64,000 bases of DNA from Candidatus Methylomirabilota bacterium. GTDB lineage: Bacteria; Verrucomicrobiota; Verrucomicrobiia; Limisphaerales; SXQI01. The position numbers and the translations under genes were made by a program. Below the pieces are notes generated by a model, which was given only the letters and a program-made list of their open reading frames with translations, was not told where the DNA came from and made no database searches. The stretch spans positions 14,832 to 78,831 of the forward strand of contig DASPKX010000104.1 in the NCBI GenBank assembly GCA_035627835.1. The letters run 5' to 3'. Shown here one piece after another: positions 48,483 to 57,533 of this stretch (the first letter of the stretch is position 1; every line of letters starts with the position of its first letter).

Positions 48483-50282
48483 TTAATTATTCGTGTAGTG
48501 CGACGGCGGGGGTGATCCGGGGCCGTTCTCGAGAAAGTCAGCGATCACAAGCGGCTTCTTGGACGCGCGGCCATCTTCAATCCCCAGCAACTTAAGCACT
48601 TGGTCGCGAGCCAGAGTTTCCTCCTTCAGGAGCGTCTCAGCCAGGAGCTTCGTTTGTTCACGCTTCTGCTCGATGATCGCCAGAGCCTGCTTATACGCAT
48701 CTGTCAGGAGCGTGTTGATCTCCGACTCCGCGTGATCTTTCTCAAACTCGTAATAGAGCTTCTGGCCCATGCCCCAGTCGTGAATCATCTTCCGGGCAAT
48801 GTTCTTGGCGGAATCGAGGTCGCCATTGGCGCCATTGGTGATATCACCGATGAAGGTCTGCTCCGCAGCGCGGCCAGCGGCCAAAACCACCAGCTGCTGC
48901 AACAGGTACGTCCGGCTGTGAATGTTCTGGTCTTCCTTCGGCAAGGACATGGTTGAACCAAGGGACATGCCGCGTGGGATGATGGTGACCTTGTGCAACG
49001 GCGGCAGCAGCGGCTGCTCGAGCTGTGCGATCGCATGGCCCGCTTCGTGATACGCAACCACACGGCGTTCATCCGCCTTCATCGTCATGGACCGACGCTC
49101 AATGCCGAAGCGCACTTTGTCGCGAGCTTCTTCCAATTCCGCGAGGCTGATGTTCGCCTTGCTGCGTTGAGCGCTGAGAATAGCAGCTTCGTTGATCAGG
49201 TTCGCCAAATCAGCTCCAGACATCCCTGGCGTGGTGGCGGCAATCACTTCGAGAACCTTCTCTGGATGCTCGATCGGCGCGTTGCGGCTATGCGTGTTCA
49301 AGATCGCGCGGCGGCCACGGCTGTCCGGGAGGGAGACAAACACCTTGCGGTCGAAACGACCAGGGCGCATCAACGCGTCGTCCAGATCTTCAGGGCGATT
49401 CGTGGCCGCGACAACAATGACACCATCGGCGCTGTTGAACCCGTCCATCGCGGTTAACAACGCGTTCAAAGTTTGTTGCGACTCACCGTTCTGGTCGTGC
49501 TTCCGGTGCTTGCCGAGGCAGTCAATCTCATCGATGAAGATGATCGATGGCTTAGCCGCTTTGGCCTGGTTGAAGATTTCGCGGATGCGCTTCGCGCCCA
49601 CGCCGACATACACTTCATTGAAATCACTGCCGCTGGCGCTGAAGAAGTTCGCATTGGCTTCGCCAGCAATGGCGCGGGCCAGCATGGTCTTGCCAGTCCC
49701 TGGAGGCCCAATCAGGAGGACACCCTTCGGAAGGCTGCCGCCCAGTTTCTTGTACTTGCCGGGCTCGCGGAGGAAGTCGATCACCTCGCGCACTTCGGCT
49801 TTCGCCTCGTCCACACCAGCAACGTCATCGAATCGCACACTCGGGCGCTGGCGAATCTTGTGAGTCGCCGTGCTGCGAGTGGCGCGCATCTGGTAGAACA
49901 GCAGCGCGCCGATAATCACAGCGATAAAGAGCGTGGGGAGCATCTCGACCAGCTTCGAGCGGGCGCTCAAGTGCGGCATGCTCATAGTGGTGGTGCTCTT
50001 GGAAAGGAGCTTCTCCAGGAGCGGCTCGCTCAAATGAGTGGTGACGGTGAAATCGGCTTTCTTGCCGCTTTTGAGGTATTTGCCCTTGATCGTGTACATC
50101 CCGGCAGGGGTGCGGGGAGCAATTTCAGCCTGCGCGATGGCATTGGCTGATACGAGGCGCTCGAGGCGCGCGTGAGTGATTTCTTCGGGAGCCACCGATG
50201 GCTCGCGCATGTAGAGGAACCCGATGGCAGCCGCAATTGCGATTAACAGGACCGGGAAGATTCGTTTAAATTTTGCTGTCAT
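48483..50282 (-). CDS. ftsH: ATP-dependent zinc metalloprotease FtsH
   Basis: Walker A GPPGTGKT, Walker B IIFIDEID, SRH region (TNRPEDLDDALMRPGRFD) and Zn site HEAGHA. Start at MTAKFKR (50282). Confidence 0.95.
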   Translation of the reverse strand: MTAKFKRIFPVLLIAIAAAIGFLYMREPSVAPEEITHARLERLVSANAIAQAEIAPRTPAGMYTIKGKYLKSGKKADFTVTTHLSEPLLEKLLSKSTTTMSMPHLSARSKLVEMLPTLFIAVIIGALLFYQMRATRSTATHKIRQRPSVRFDDVAGVDEAKAEVREVIDFLREPGKYKKLGGSLPKGVLLIGPPGTGKTMLARAIAGEANANFFSASGSDFNEVYVGVGAKRIREIFNQAKAAKPSIIFIDEIDCLGKHRKHDQNGESQQTLNALLTAMDGFNSADGVIVVAATNRPEDLDDALMRPGRFDRKVFVSLPDSRGRRAILNTHSRNAPIEHPEKVLEVIAATTPGMSGADLANLINEAAILSAQRSKANISLAELEEARDKVRFGIERRSMTMKADERRVVAYHEAGHAIAQLEQPLLPPLHKVTIIPRGMSLGSTMSLPKEDQNIHSRTYLLQQLVVLAAGRAAEQTFIGDITNGANGDLDSAKNIARKMIHDWGMGQKLYYEFEKDHAESEINTLLTDAYKQALAIIEQKREQTKLLAETLLKEETLARDQVLKLLGIEDGRASKKPLVIADFLENGPGSPPPSHYTNN

Positions 50283-50533
50283 GTCCAATATAGGTAAAGC
50301 CATGCCCGCTTGAGCAGGAATTGTGCTGAAATCGCTGGGAACTTGGCCCAACACAGGCTTGTCCGCAATGGCGAGACAGGGAAAAGATTACTTTTTTTCT
50401 AATGGATGTTCTGTCTGGCTCAGACTGTCCACAGAGCAATCAACTCGTTCAAAGTTGTCCCATTTCAAGCCATAAAAAGCCTGCTTTTACAGCTTGCCGC
50501 TGACCAGCCACAGGCCACAATTCCGGCCAACCT

Positions 50534-51748
50534 ATGCTCCGCTTGCTGCTCCTGTTTGCTGCCGCCATCTCATGCTTCGCTGCGGAAGAAACGAAGCTGG
50601 ATGAAATCAAGGTTCTGAAAGGGTTCCGTTACGAAGTGCTACTGGAGAAGGACTTGCCTGAACCGATGGACCTCGAGTTCTCGCCGGACGGCAAGCTCTG
50701 GGCCACCGGCCGGGGCGGACAGTTGTTTATCGTAAGCTTGGATCGTGGAGGCCATCGGAAAGTCGCCACGCTCGAAGTGGACCATAGTGAGGACCGCGGC
50801 CTTCATGGCATCGAGTTCCATCCAGGGTACACCACGAACGGCTTTGTTTACCTCTACTTCTCCCCTCCTGCCACGAACGGCTTCAGAAACAGGCTCTCCC
50901 GATTTACGATTACAAAGTCCGGCAACGCCGAGCAGTTGGACCGAGCCAGTGAGGTCATTTTTCTCGAATGGCCGAGCGAGAAGATCGGCTTCCACCAGGG
51001 TGGCGCCATCGAATACAACCCCGTGGACCAAAAGCTCTATATCTCCACGGGCGACAACAACTGGAACAACGATCTGGAGAAGTATTATCTCGATCCGCAG
51101 AACCGAGCCCAGAGCGTGGCAGATCTTCGCGGCAAATCCCTCCGCCTGAATCTGGATGGCTCCATCCCGTCGGACAACCCTTTTGTCAAGGAAAAGGGCG
51201 CGCGCCAGGAGATCTTCACAGTCGGCCATCGGCAGCCCTTCACGTTAGCCGTGGACCCCGTCACCGGCGTCGTCTTCGAAGGTGAAAACGGCGGCGATCG
51301 CACAAACGACTTCGAAGAGATCAACCTCCTGAAAGGCGGCGGCAACTACGGCTGGCCCCGAGTCATTGGCAACAACATTGGCACCTACGGGGGCGAAGAT
51401 CCTTTGCCGGGCGCAATCAAGCCATGGCTCGTTTACGAGCACACCACCCTCCCCTCCTCCTGCATTCTGGGGCCTGTTTACCGTCCGAACGGCGGCACGA
51501 ACGAATTCCCCGCCCAGTTCGCGAACGTCATTTACTACGCCGATTACGCCCGCAAATGGGTGCGCATCGCCCGCTTTAAGGAGCCGGGCTTCGAACTCAC
51601 CGGCACGGAGCCTTTCGCCCGCGGTTTCGCTGGCGGCCCTCTTGCCCTCCAGCAAGGCCCTGATGGCGCCCTCTACATTCTCGAATACGGCGGCGGCAAC
51701 AACAACCCGCGCGACCGCATCTCACGGATCGTTCCCGAAAAGCCATGA
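50534..51748 (+). CDS. PQQ-dependent (soluble glucose/sorbosone dehydrogenase-like) beta-propeller dehydrogenase, secreted
   Basis: Signal peptide MLRLLLLFAAAISCFA. Motifs typical of the GSDH family: PMDLEFSPDGKLW, GLHGIEFHP, HQGGAIEYNP.D.KLYISTGD, GHRQPF, and GGNYGWP. Confidence 0.82.
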   Translation: MLRLLLLFAAAISCFAAEETKLDEIKVLKGFRYEVLLEKDLPEPMDLEFSPDGKLWATGRGGQLFIVSLDRGGHRKVATLEVDHSEDRGLHGIEFHPGYTTNGFVYLYFSPPATNGFRNRLSRFTITKSGNAEQLDRASEVIFLEWPSEKIGFHQGGAIEYNPVDQKLYISTGDNNWNNDLEKYYLDPQNRAQSVADLRGKSLRLNLDGSIPSDNPFVKEKGARQEIFTVGHRQPFTLAVDPVTGVVFEGENGGDRTNDFEEINLLKGGGNYGWPRVIGNNIGTYGGEDPLPGAIKPWLVYEHTTLPSSCILGPVYRPNGGTNEFPAQFANVIYYADYARKWVRIARFKEPGFELTGTEPFARGFAGGPLALQQGPDGALYILEYGGGNNNPRDRISRIVPEKP

Positions 51749-52059
51749 GTTATCAGATTGTCGCGCAACTCTCCGATCTGCCGCCGAACACGGGGAAGAC
51801 AGTTCGCATCGGCACGCTGCAAGTGGCGTTATTCAACCACGATGGGCAGATCTACGCCTTGGACGGCTATTGCCCGCATCGTGGCGCCCCGCTGGGCGAT
51901 AGCTGGTTTGAGTTCCCGATAGCCCATTGTCCCTTGCACGGTTGGGACTTTGATGTGCGCACCGGCGCCTGCGGCATTAACCCCGAAAAGCCAGCCAAAG
52001 TGTTGCCCGTGCGAGTGGTTGGCCAGAACATCGAAGTTTTATTACCATTACCCGCATGA
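51745..52059 (+). CDS. Rieske [2Fe-2S] protein, NirD-like small form
   Basis: CPHRGAPL ... CPLHGWDF (CxH...CxxH). ATGA overlap with the upstream dehydrogenase gene. Confidence 0.85.
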   Translation: MSYQIVAQLSDLPPNTGKTVRIGTLQVALFNHDGQIYALDGYCPHRGAPLGDSWFEFPIAHCPLHGWDFDVRTGACGINPEKPAKVLPVRVVGQNIEVLLPLPA

Positions 52060-52337
52060 AGAGCGCTTACGAATTGGCGATGGAACGCCTGAACAAGACC
52101 GCCCCCACGGTCAAACTCACACCCGAGCAAAAAGCCAAAATCGCGGAACTCGAGTCCGTTTACGCCGCCAAGATCGCTGAAAAAGAGATTTATCTGAAAG
52201 AGGAACTCTCCAAAGCCCGCGAAACCGGCGATCCAACGAACTACATGGAAGCCGAGCAACGCCTCTCGCACGAACGCAAAGCCCTTCAGGCTCAACTGGA
52301 AGAGAAGAAAGAAGCCGTCCGCGCAGGCAAAGCCTAG
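52056..52337 (+). CDS. Hypothetical 93-aa charged coiled-coil protein
   Basis: ATGA overlap with the Rieske gene. K/E/A-rich helical sequence with no recognisable motif. Confidence 0.5.
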   Translation: MKSAYELAMERLNKTAPTVKLTPEQKAKIAELESVYAAKIAEKEIYLKEELSKARETGDPTNYMEAEQRLSHERKALQAQLEEKKEAVRAGKA

Positions 52338-52414
52338 AAGCCCTCTCTTTAACAACCAGCAAGTGAATGGCGCGGGTATTCTGGTGGACGCGAACCGCGC
52401 CAAGGAGCACGCCA

Positions 52415-52460
52415 ATTCCCTCTCTTCCCCCCAGGGAGGAGAGGGTCAGGGAGAGGAGGC
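52415..52460. repeat. REP-like GC-rich hairpin element
   Basis: CCCTCTCttccccccagggagGAGAGGGtcagGGAGAGG: an inverted repeat plus a partial third arm, in an intergenic position. Confidence 0.6.
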
Positions 52461-52568
52461 CCGCCCCGTTCCGGCTAAACGCCCTGCAAAAACCTTTGCA
52501 GCGTATCGCTTCTAATCGCTGTGAATAACTTCCTGTCCGAGATTCTCGACAGCTCCGCGCGAGCGGAA

Positions 52569-52588
52569 TACTGTTCATTTGAACAGTA
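52569..52588. promoter_or_regulatory. LexA operator (SOS box) TACTGTTCATTTGAACAGTA
   Basis: A perfect 20-bp palindrome 8 bp upstream of the lexA ATG. It contains TGTTC-N4-GAACA and also fits CTGT-N8-ACAG. Confidence 0.8.
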
Positions 52589-52596
52589 TAGGCGTT

Positions 52597-53232
52597 ATGG
52601 AAACACTTACGGATCGCCAGCAAGAAGTTCTCAGTTATATCCGCTCCAGCCAGCAGCAAGGCCGCGCTCCCAGCCTGCGGGAGATCGCCGCTCACTTCGG
52701 CTTTCGCAGCATGACCGCTGCCCGTGATCACGTGCGCGCGCTCGAGCAGAAGGGCGCCTTGGAAACCGCTCCCCGCCAGGCCCGCTCGTTGCGGGTGACC
52801 CGCAGCGACTTCAACCCGCCGCCCAGCGAGCGGTTCCTCGAAGTCCCTGTTTACGGCAGCATCCCCGCCGGATTTGCCGATGATCGCCGCCAGGAGAAGA
52901 AAGGGTGCATCAATGTGGACCTGCAAATCCTCGGCATCCGGCCCACCGCCCGCACATTCGCGTTGCAGGTTCGCGGCGATTCCATGATCGGCCGCCACAT
53001 CCTCGAAGGCGATTACGTGATCCTGGAGCATGGCCTCACACCGAAGAACGGCGATGTCGTTGCAGCTTTAATCGACAACGAAAGCACCTTGAAAACCTTC
53101 GTGGTGGATAGAGGCCGCCCACCCTTCCTCCGCGCCGAAAACCCCAAATACCGCGACCTGCACGCCGCTGGCGAACTCGTGATCCAAGGCGTCATGGTCG
53201 GCCTGGTGCGCAAAGCAAGAGCCCAGAATTAA
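52597..53232 (+). CDS. lexA: LexA repressor (S24 peptidase)
   Basis: Winged-helix N-terminus (LTDRQQEVLSYIRSSQQQGRAPSLREIAAHFGFRS). S24 domain with VRGDSMIG (Ser nucleophile) and a downstream Lys (LKTF). Confidence 0.93.
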   Translation: METLTDRQQEVLSYIRSSQQQGRAPSLREIAAHFGFRSMTAARDHVRALEQKGALETAPRQARSLRVTRSDFNPPPSERFLEVPVYGSIPAGFADDRRQEKKGCINVDLQILGIRPTARTFALQVRGDSMIGRHILEGDYVILEHGLTPKNGDVVAALIDNESTLKTFVVDRGRPPFLRAENPKYRDLHAAGELVIQGVMVGLVRKARAQN

Positions 53233-53282
53233 AGTTCGCCCCGATTGCGAAGCGCGTGCCAATCGCACAATTTTGTATGGCT

Positions 53283-53438
53283 ATGAAACAAATTGTGATC
53301 GCACTGGCCGCTGCGGTGGTCCTGCTCAGCGGGTGCGCAACCAACAAAAGCCACAAGGAACATCAAACTGCCGCCTGCTGCAAAGAAGGCGCTGCCTGCT
53401 GTGGACCCGGCAAAGCCTGCTGCGCCGATCATTCTTGA
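53283..53438 (+). CDS. Small lipoprotein with a Cys-rich tail
   Basis: MKQIVIALAAAVVLLSGC has a lipobox (LSGC). Then ATNKSHKEHQTAACCKEGAACCGPGKACCADHS, with three CC pairs and several His. Confidence 0.5.
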   Translation: MKQIVIALAAAVVLLSGCATNKSHKEHQTAACCKEGAACCGPGKACCADHS

Positions 53439-53488
53439 TGGACGGACAGGAAGGGAGCTTTCATCAGCGTTCTTCCGCCGCTTTTTTT

Positions 53489-53518
53489 AATCTGCGTCAA
53501 TCTGCGAAATCTGCGGAT
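53489..53518. repeat. Tandem ~10-bp repeat (AATCTGCGnn)x3
   Basis: AATCTGCGTC AATCTGCGAA ATCTGCGGAT, located after a T7 tract. Confidence 0.85.
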
Positions 53519-53535
53519 GTCCTCTTCCTGTCTCC

Positions 53536-53799
53536 TCATCTAAACGGCGGGACTCCCCAATCGAACTGGTCCCCATCTTTTCCCACTGATTCGGTTGGGC
53601 ACCCCGCCGCCCCTTCCTCGACAAGAGCCACCTCTTCCGGCGTGCTCGGCTGTTTGAACACGTACGAGATCCCAGTCCGATCATCGCGTGTGATGTTCCC
53701 CGGCGCCATTTGGCGGCAGTAATCGCAATCCGTGCACGAGCCATCCACATAATACTTGCCCGGCACATTCAACGGATATCGGTGAGCGAACTCAGCCAT
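53536..53799 (-). CDS. Small ferredoxin (single Fe-S cluster type)
   Basis: 87 aa with the pattern YYVDGSCTDCDYCRQMAP......GCPTESV, typical of single-cluster ferredoxins. Confidence 0.78.
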   Translation of the reverse strand: MAEFAHRYPLNVPGKYYVDGSCTDCDYCRQMAPGNITRDDRTGISYVFKQPSTPEEVALVEEGAAGCPTESVGKDGDQFDWGVPPFR

Positions 53800-53808
53800 G
53801 CTCCAAGC

Positions 53809-54906
53809 TTAACGCCCTTCGCGGCCGAGAGGAATCGCAGGCGCTGCGTTTGGATTAAACTTCCGCGCATTCAGGCCAAGATACTCAAGCATCGTTGCCG
53901 CCACATTGCTCAGCGTGTAATCGCCCGACTTCATTTCCCCCTGCGGCGCCACGCCCGCGCCAAACACACCCAGCCAAAGCTCCTCCGCTCCCGGCACGTT
54001 CTTCCCGTGGTCCGTCCAATCCTTGTTCGTCCGTCCGCGCCCATGATCTGTGGTGACGATCAGGATGCTGTTATTCCGGTACGGCCGCGTGTTCTGGATG
54101 AGATCCCAAAGCTGCTCCAGCGCCTGATCAAAGTAAGCCAACGTTTGTACCGTTCGATCGTAACGGCGGTTGTGCGCCCAATCATCCGTCTCTCCCAAAG
54201 CCAAATAGAGCACACGCGGCTTCTCCTTCTTCACAAATTCCAGCGCAAGGTTCAGCGTCGGCGCGTCATGCCGCACCGTGTCCCACGGCGAGAGCATGCT
54301 GAATTGCACCTCGTCCCACAATTTGGCCTGCGGCGTCAGGAGCCCTGCGGGCATACGTTCGTAACCCGCGTTGCAAAACACCGCCCCATCCTTGCTCATC
54401 GAAATCCAATTAAAAATCTTCCACGAGCCGAACACCGCCACATCCGTTTCCTTCAGACGCAACTCTCGGCGAATGAACTCCAACACTGTCTCGCGCGGGC
54501 TCCACTCCGCCGAGTTGCTCGTGACCGCCTCCACCGCCTGCCCATTCAAAATCTCCGCGTAGCCTGGGTAAGAGAACTTGTGCGGATTTTGAATGCCCAC
54601 TTTGCTCCCGAGCGCGCGATTCCCATAAATCGCGCCATGCTTTGAAAGCGTGTTCCAGAAGAACGGCATCACCTTTTCCCGCCGCACCTTCGGGCTCTCG
54701 TCCCAATAATTCTTGCGGAAAGTGTCCGCGCTCTCGATTCCTGAAGAAGGCTTGTTCGTCGCCAGCGAGAGTTGTTCATCCGCGCCCGTGAAGACCTCCT
54801 GCCAGCGAATTCCATCCCCGGTCACCAGAAAAACGAACTTCTGTTCCGCGCCCCACGCGCTCGCACAAAGCAGCGCCACCATGCACAAGAGAACCTTGCA
54901 ATTCAT
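53809..54906 (-). CDS. Secreted alkaline-phosphatase-superfamily metalloenzyme (phosphoesterase-like)
   Basis: Signal peptide MNCKVLLCMVALLCASAWG. FVFLVTGDGIRW near the N-terminus and the metal-site-like motifs ETDDWAH and VTTDHGRG. Confidence 0.75.
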   Translation of the reverse strand: MNCKVLLCMVALLCASAWGAEQKFVFLVTGDGIRWQEVFTGADEQLSLATNKPSSGIESADTFRKNYWDESPKVRREKVMPFFWNTLSKHGAIYGNRALGSKVGIQNPHKFSYPGYAEILNGQAVEAVTSNSAEWSPRETVLEFIRRELRLKETDVAVFGSWKIFNWISMSKDGAVFCNAGYERMPAGLLTPQAKLWDEVQFSMLSPWDTVRHDAPTLNLALEFVKKEKPRVLYLALGETDDWAHNRRYDRTVQTLAYFDQALEQLWDLIQNTRPYRNNSILIVTTDHGRGRTNKDWTDHGKNVPGAEELWLGVFGAGVAPQGEMKSGDYTLSNVAATMLEYLGLNARKFNPNAAPAIPLGREGR

Positions 54907-55021
54907 ACGTTGATTGCCCGCAGGCTACGCAAACCACCTGACTTATGACAGCCGTTTCGAGCAACGTTGTTGTGACAAAGCGAAACTGGAGGCGCGCAAA
55001 CAGCTTTGATACCATTGCCCA

Positions 55022-56074
55022 ATGCACCGCCGTTCCTTCATCCAGCGCACGTGCACGGCTGCGCTGCTCGGCCCCATGGCTTTAGCTGCCGCGCAAAACC
55101 GCCGCGTGCGCATTGGCTTCCTTGGCGCTGTCCATTCGCATGCTGCCGCGAAGATCCAGATCGCCCGCGATTCCGCAGATTGGGAATTGATCGGCGTGGC
55201 CGATTCCACCACCGCCGGTGAAGCCACTGCCAAACGCCTCAACGTCAAAGTCCTTCCTCCGGACGAGATCCTGGCAAAAGCCGAGGTGATCGCCATCGAG
55301 TCCGCCGTGCGCGACCAGGCGAAGCTCGCCTTACTTGCGCTCAAAGCCGGCAAACACATCCACCTCGAAAAACCAGGCGCTGCCGCCTTGCCCGAGTTCA
55401 CCCAACTCGTGAACGAAGCCCGCGAACGCCGCCTCCTCCTGCAAACCGGCTACATGTGGCGGCACAATCCCGGTTTTCATAAAATCTTCGAAGCCGTCCG
55501 CGAAGGTTGGCTCGGTGACGTCGTCATGGTCCGCGCGCACATGAGCAACAACCTCGCTCCATCCTCCCGCGCCGAATGGGCCGAGTTCAAAGGCGGCTCC
55601 ATGTTCGAGCAAGGCTCGCACATGATCGATGCCATCGTGCGTCTCCTCGGCAAACCACGTCAGATCACCTCCACCCTGCGCACCCACGGCTCCTCCACCG
55701 ACACCTTGAAAGACAACAATATTGCCATCCTGGAATATCCCAAAGCCACCGCCGTCCTTACCAACAGCTCCCTCCAACGCACCGCCGCCCCGCAACGCAG
55801 TTTCGAAGTCATCGGCAGTGAAGGCTGGGCCAAACTTGAGCCGATCGAGCAACCGCGTTTGCAAATCGAACTCCGCCAAGCCGCGGGTCCATACGCCAAA
55901 GGCGCCCAGGAGGTTCCCCTCTCCCGCTTCGAGCGCTATGTCGGTGACTTCGTGGAACTCGCCGCCGCCGTCCGAGGCGAGCGCCAACTCTCAGTTTTGC
56001 TTGATGATGAATTGCTCGTCGCCGAAGCCACCCTCCGCGCCAGCAACATGCATTGGACCCAAGCCCCCTGTTAG
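55022..56074 (+). CDS. Gfo/Idh/MocA-family oxidoreductase with a Tat-like leader
   Basis: MHRRSFIQRTCTAALLGPMALAAA, IGFLGAVHSHA Rossmann-like motif, HLEKPGA. Confidence 0.86.
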   Translation: MHRRSFIQRTCTAALLGPMALAAAQNRRVRIGFLGAVHSHAAAKIQIARDSADWELIGVADSTTAGEATAKRLNVKVLPPDEILAKAEVIAIESAVRDQAKLALLALKAGKHIHLEKPGAAALPEFTQLVNEARERRLLLQTGYMWRHNPGFHKIFEAVREGWLGDVVMVRAHMSNNLAPSSRAEWAEFKGGSMFEQGSHMIDAIVRLLGKPRQITSTLRTHGSSTDTLKDNNIAILEYPKATAVLTNSSLQRTAAPQRSFEVIGSEGWAKLEPIEQPRLQIELRQAAGPYAKGAQEVPLSRFERYVGDFVELAAAVRGERQLSVLLDDELLVAEATLRASNMHWTQAPC

Positions 56075-56210
56075 TATTGCGCGTCTAAAGACCATCCACA
56101 CACTGGGTGCCCAGAGGCTCTCTACCCTACTTGAACCTGCGTTTCTGCTGCGCGCTGCGTAAACGCGCCTCTAGCCTTGACCATGCGCGCCGCAAGCTCA
56201 CACTCGCGGC

Positions 56211-57533
56211 ATGAACCAGCACCTTTCCGAAGTCATTAACCTCCTGGAGCCTGAATCGACATCGCTCCTGGGCGCCTCACGCGAAGAAGCCGAGGCCCTG
56301 CTCTGGAGTGATGACGCAGAGGCTCTGGGGAAGCTGCACGGCTCATTCTGTTTGCTCGCCCAACATGGCAAAACAGTGCGCATGGCGCGCTCATTGGATC
56401 GGCCAATGCGCTATTTCCTCGCGAAGAAAGCCGCTGGTCCCGCCCTGATTGTGGCTAACCGGATCGACGTCATCCGGGATTTTCTAAGGGCTTATGGAAT
56501 GGATGGGCAGTTTCATCCGACCTACACCCGCATGGTTCCAGCGCATTATCGCGTGGAAATTCAGCTCGTCGGATGCCCCGATCCCGATCCGGTTTACACC
56601 CGCTTTTTCACTCCTGAGCTCGGCACACTTACGCCCGACTTGGATTTGATTGGCAAAAAATATATCGGCGCGGTCGCAGAGGAGATCGAGCGCTGGCTGC
56701 TGCCCCTGCGAGACAAAGCCGATCCAATAGGAGTCTCCTTTTCCGGCGGGGTGGACAGCGGGGCGATATTTGTTCTGACATATTGGACGATGCAGAGGCT
56801 CGGCATGAACCTCGGCCGCCTGAAGGCGTTCACGCTGCAGCTCGGCAACGGTCCAGACCTCCAGCAAGCCCGCGCCTTCCTCGATGCGATGGGCCTCGGC
56901 TTGTTCCTTGAACCAATCACCTCACCGCACGTCCGCTTTGATTTGGCCCAGGTCTTGAAAACCGTCGAGGACTACAAACCCCTTGACATTCAATCCGCCG
57001 CCATGGCCATGCATCTCCTGAATGGCATCCGCGAGCGCTATCCCGATTGGAAGCTTTTGCTGGATGGCGAAGGCGGCGACGAAAACCTGAAAGATTATCC
57101 GATTGAAGAAAATCCCGAACTTACGATTCGCAGCGTCGTGCACAATCGCATGCTGTACCAGGAAGGATGGGGCGTCGGCAAAATCAAGCACTCATTGACG
57201 TACTCTGGTGGTTTGAGCAGGAGTTATGCGCGCTCGTACGGCCCGGCCCGGCGCTTTGGCTTTGAAACGTTCAGCCCCTTTACCCGCCCTTCAGTCATTC
57301 GTGTGGCTGAAGCCATTCCATTTATCGAACTGACGAAGTACGATGTGCCGAGGCTTTATTCGCTTAAAGGCGAAGTAACAGGCCGCGGCGTCAAAGCTCT
57401 TACTGGTCTTGAAATGCCAGTCTTTGAAAAGCGCCGCTTCCAACATGGCGCCATGAGCCGCGACGCCTTGCTCGGCCAGTTCCCGGATGCGGAAAATCAG
57501 TATCGCCGCACCTACCACAGCTTCTATGCCTGA
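56211..57533 (+). CDS. Asparagine-synthetase-B-like PP-loop adenylating enzyme lacking the N-terminal glutaminase Cys
   Basis: PP-loop VSFSGGVDSGAIFV (SGGxDS). The degenerate Ntn-like N-terminal domain (GSFCLLAQHGKTVRMARSLDRPMRYF) begins MNQHL, with no Cys2. Confidence 0.82.
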   Translation: MNQHLSEVINLLEPESTSLLGASREEAEALLWSDDAEALGKLHGSFCLLAQHGKTVRMARSLDRPMRYFLAKKAAGPALIVANRIDVIRDFLRAYGMDGQFHPTYTRMVPAHYRVEIQLVGCPDPDPVYTRFFTPELGTLTPDLDLIGKKYIGAVAEEIERWLLPLRDKADPIGVSFSGGVDSGAIFVLTYWTMQRLGMNLGRLKAFTLQLGNGPDLQQARAFLDAMGLGLFLEPITSPHVRFDLAQVLKTVEDYKPLDIQSAAMAMHLLNGIRERYPDWKLLLDGEGGDENLKDYPIEENPELTIRSVVHNRMLYQEGWGVGKIKHSLTYSGGLSRSYARSYGPARRFGFETFSPFTRPSVIRVAEAIPFIELTKYDVPRLYSLKGEVTGRGVKALTGLEMPVFEKRRFQHGAMSRDALLGQFPDAENQYRRTYHSFYA

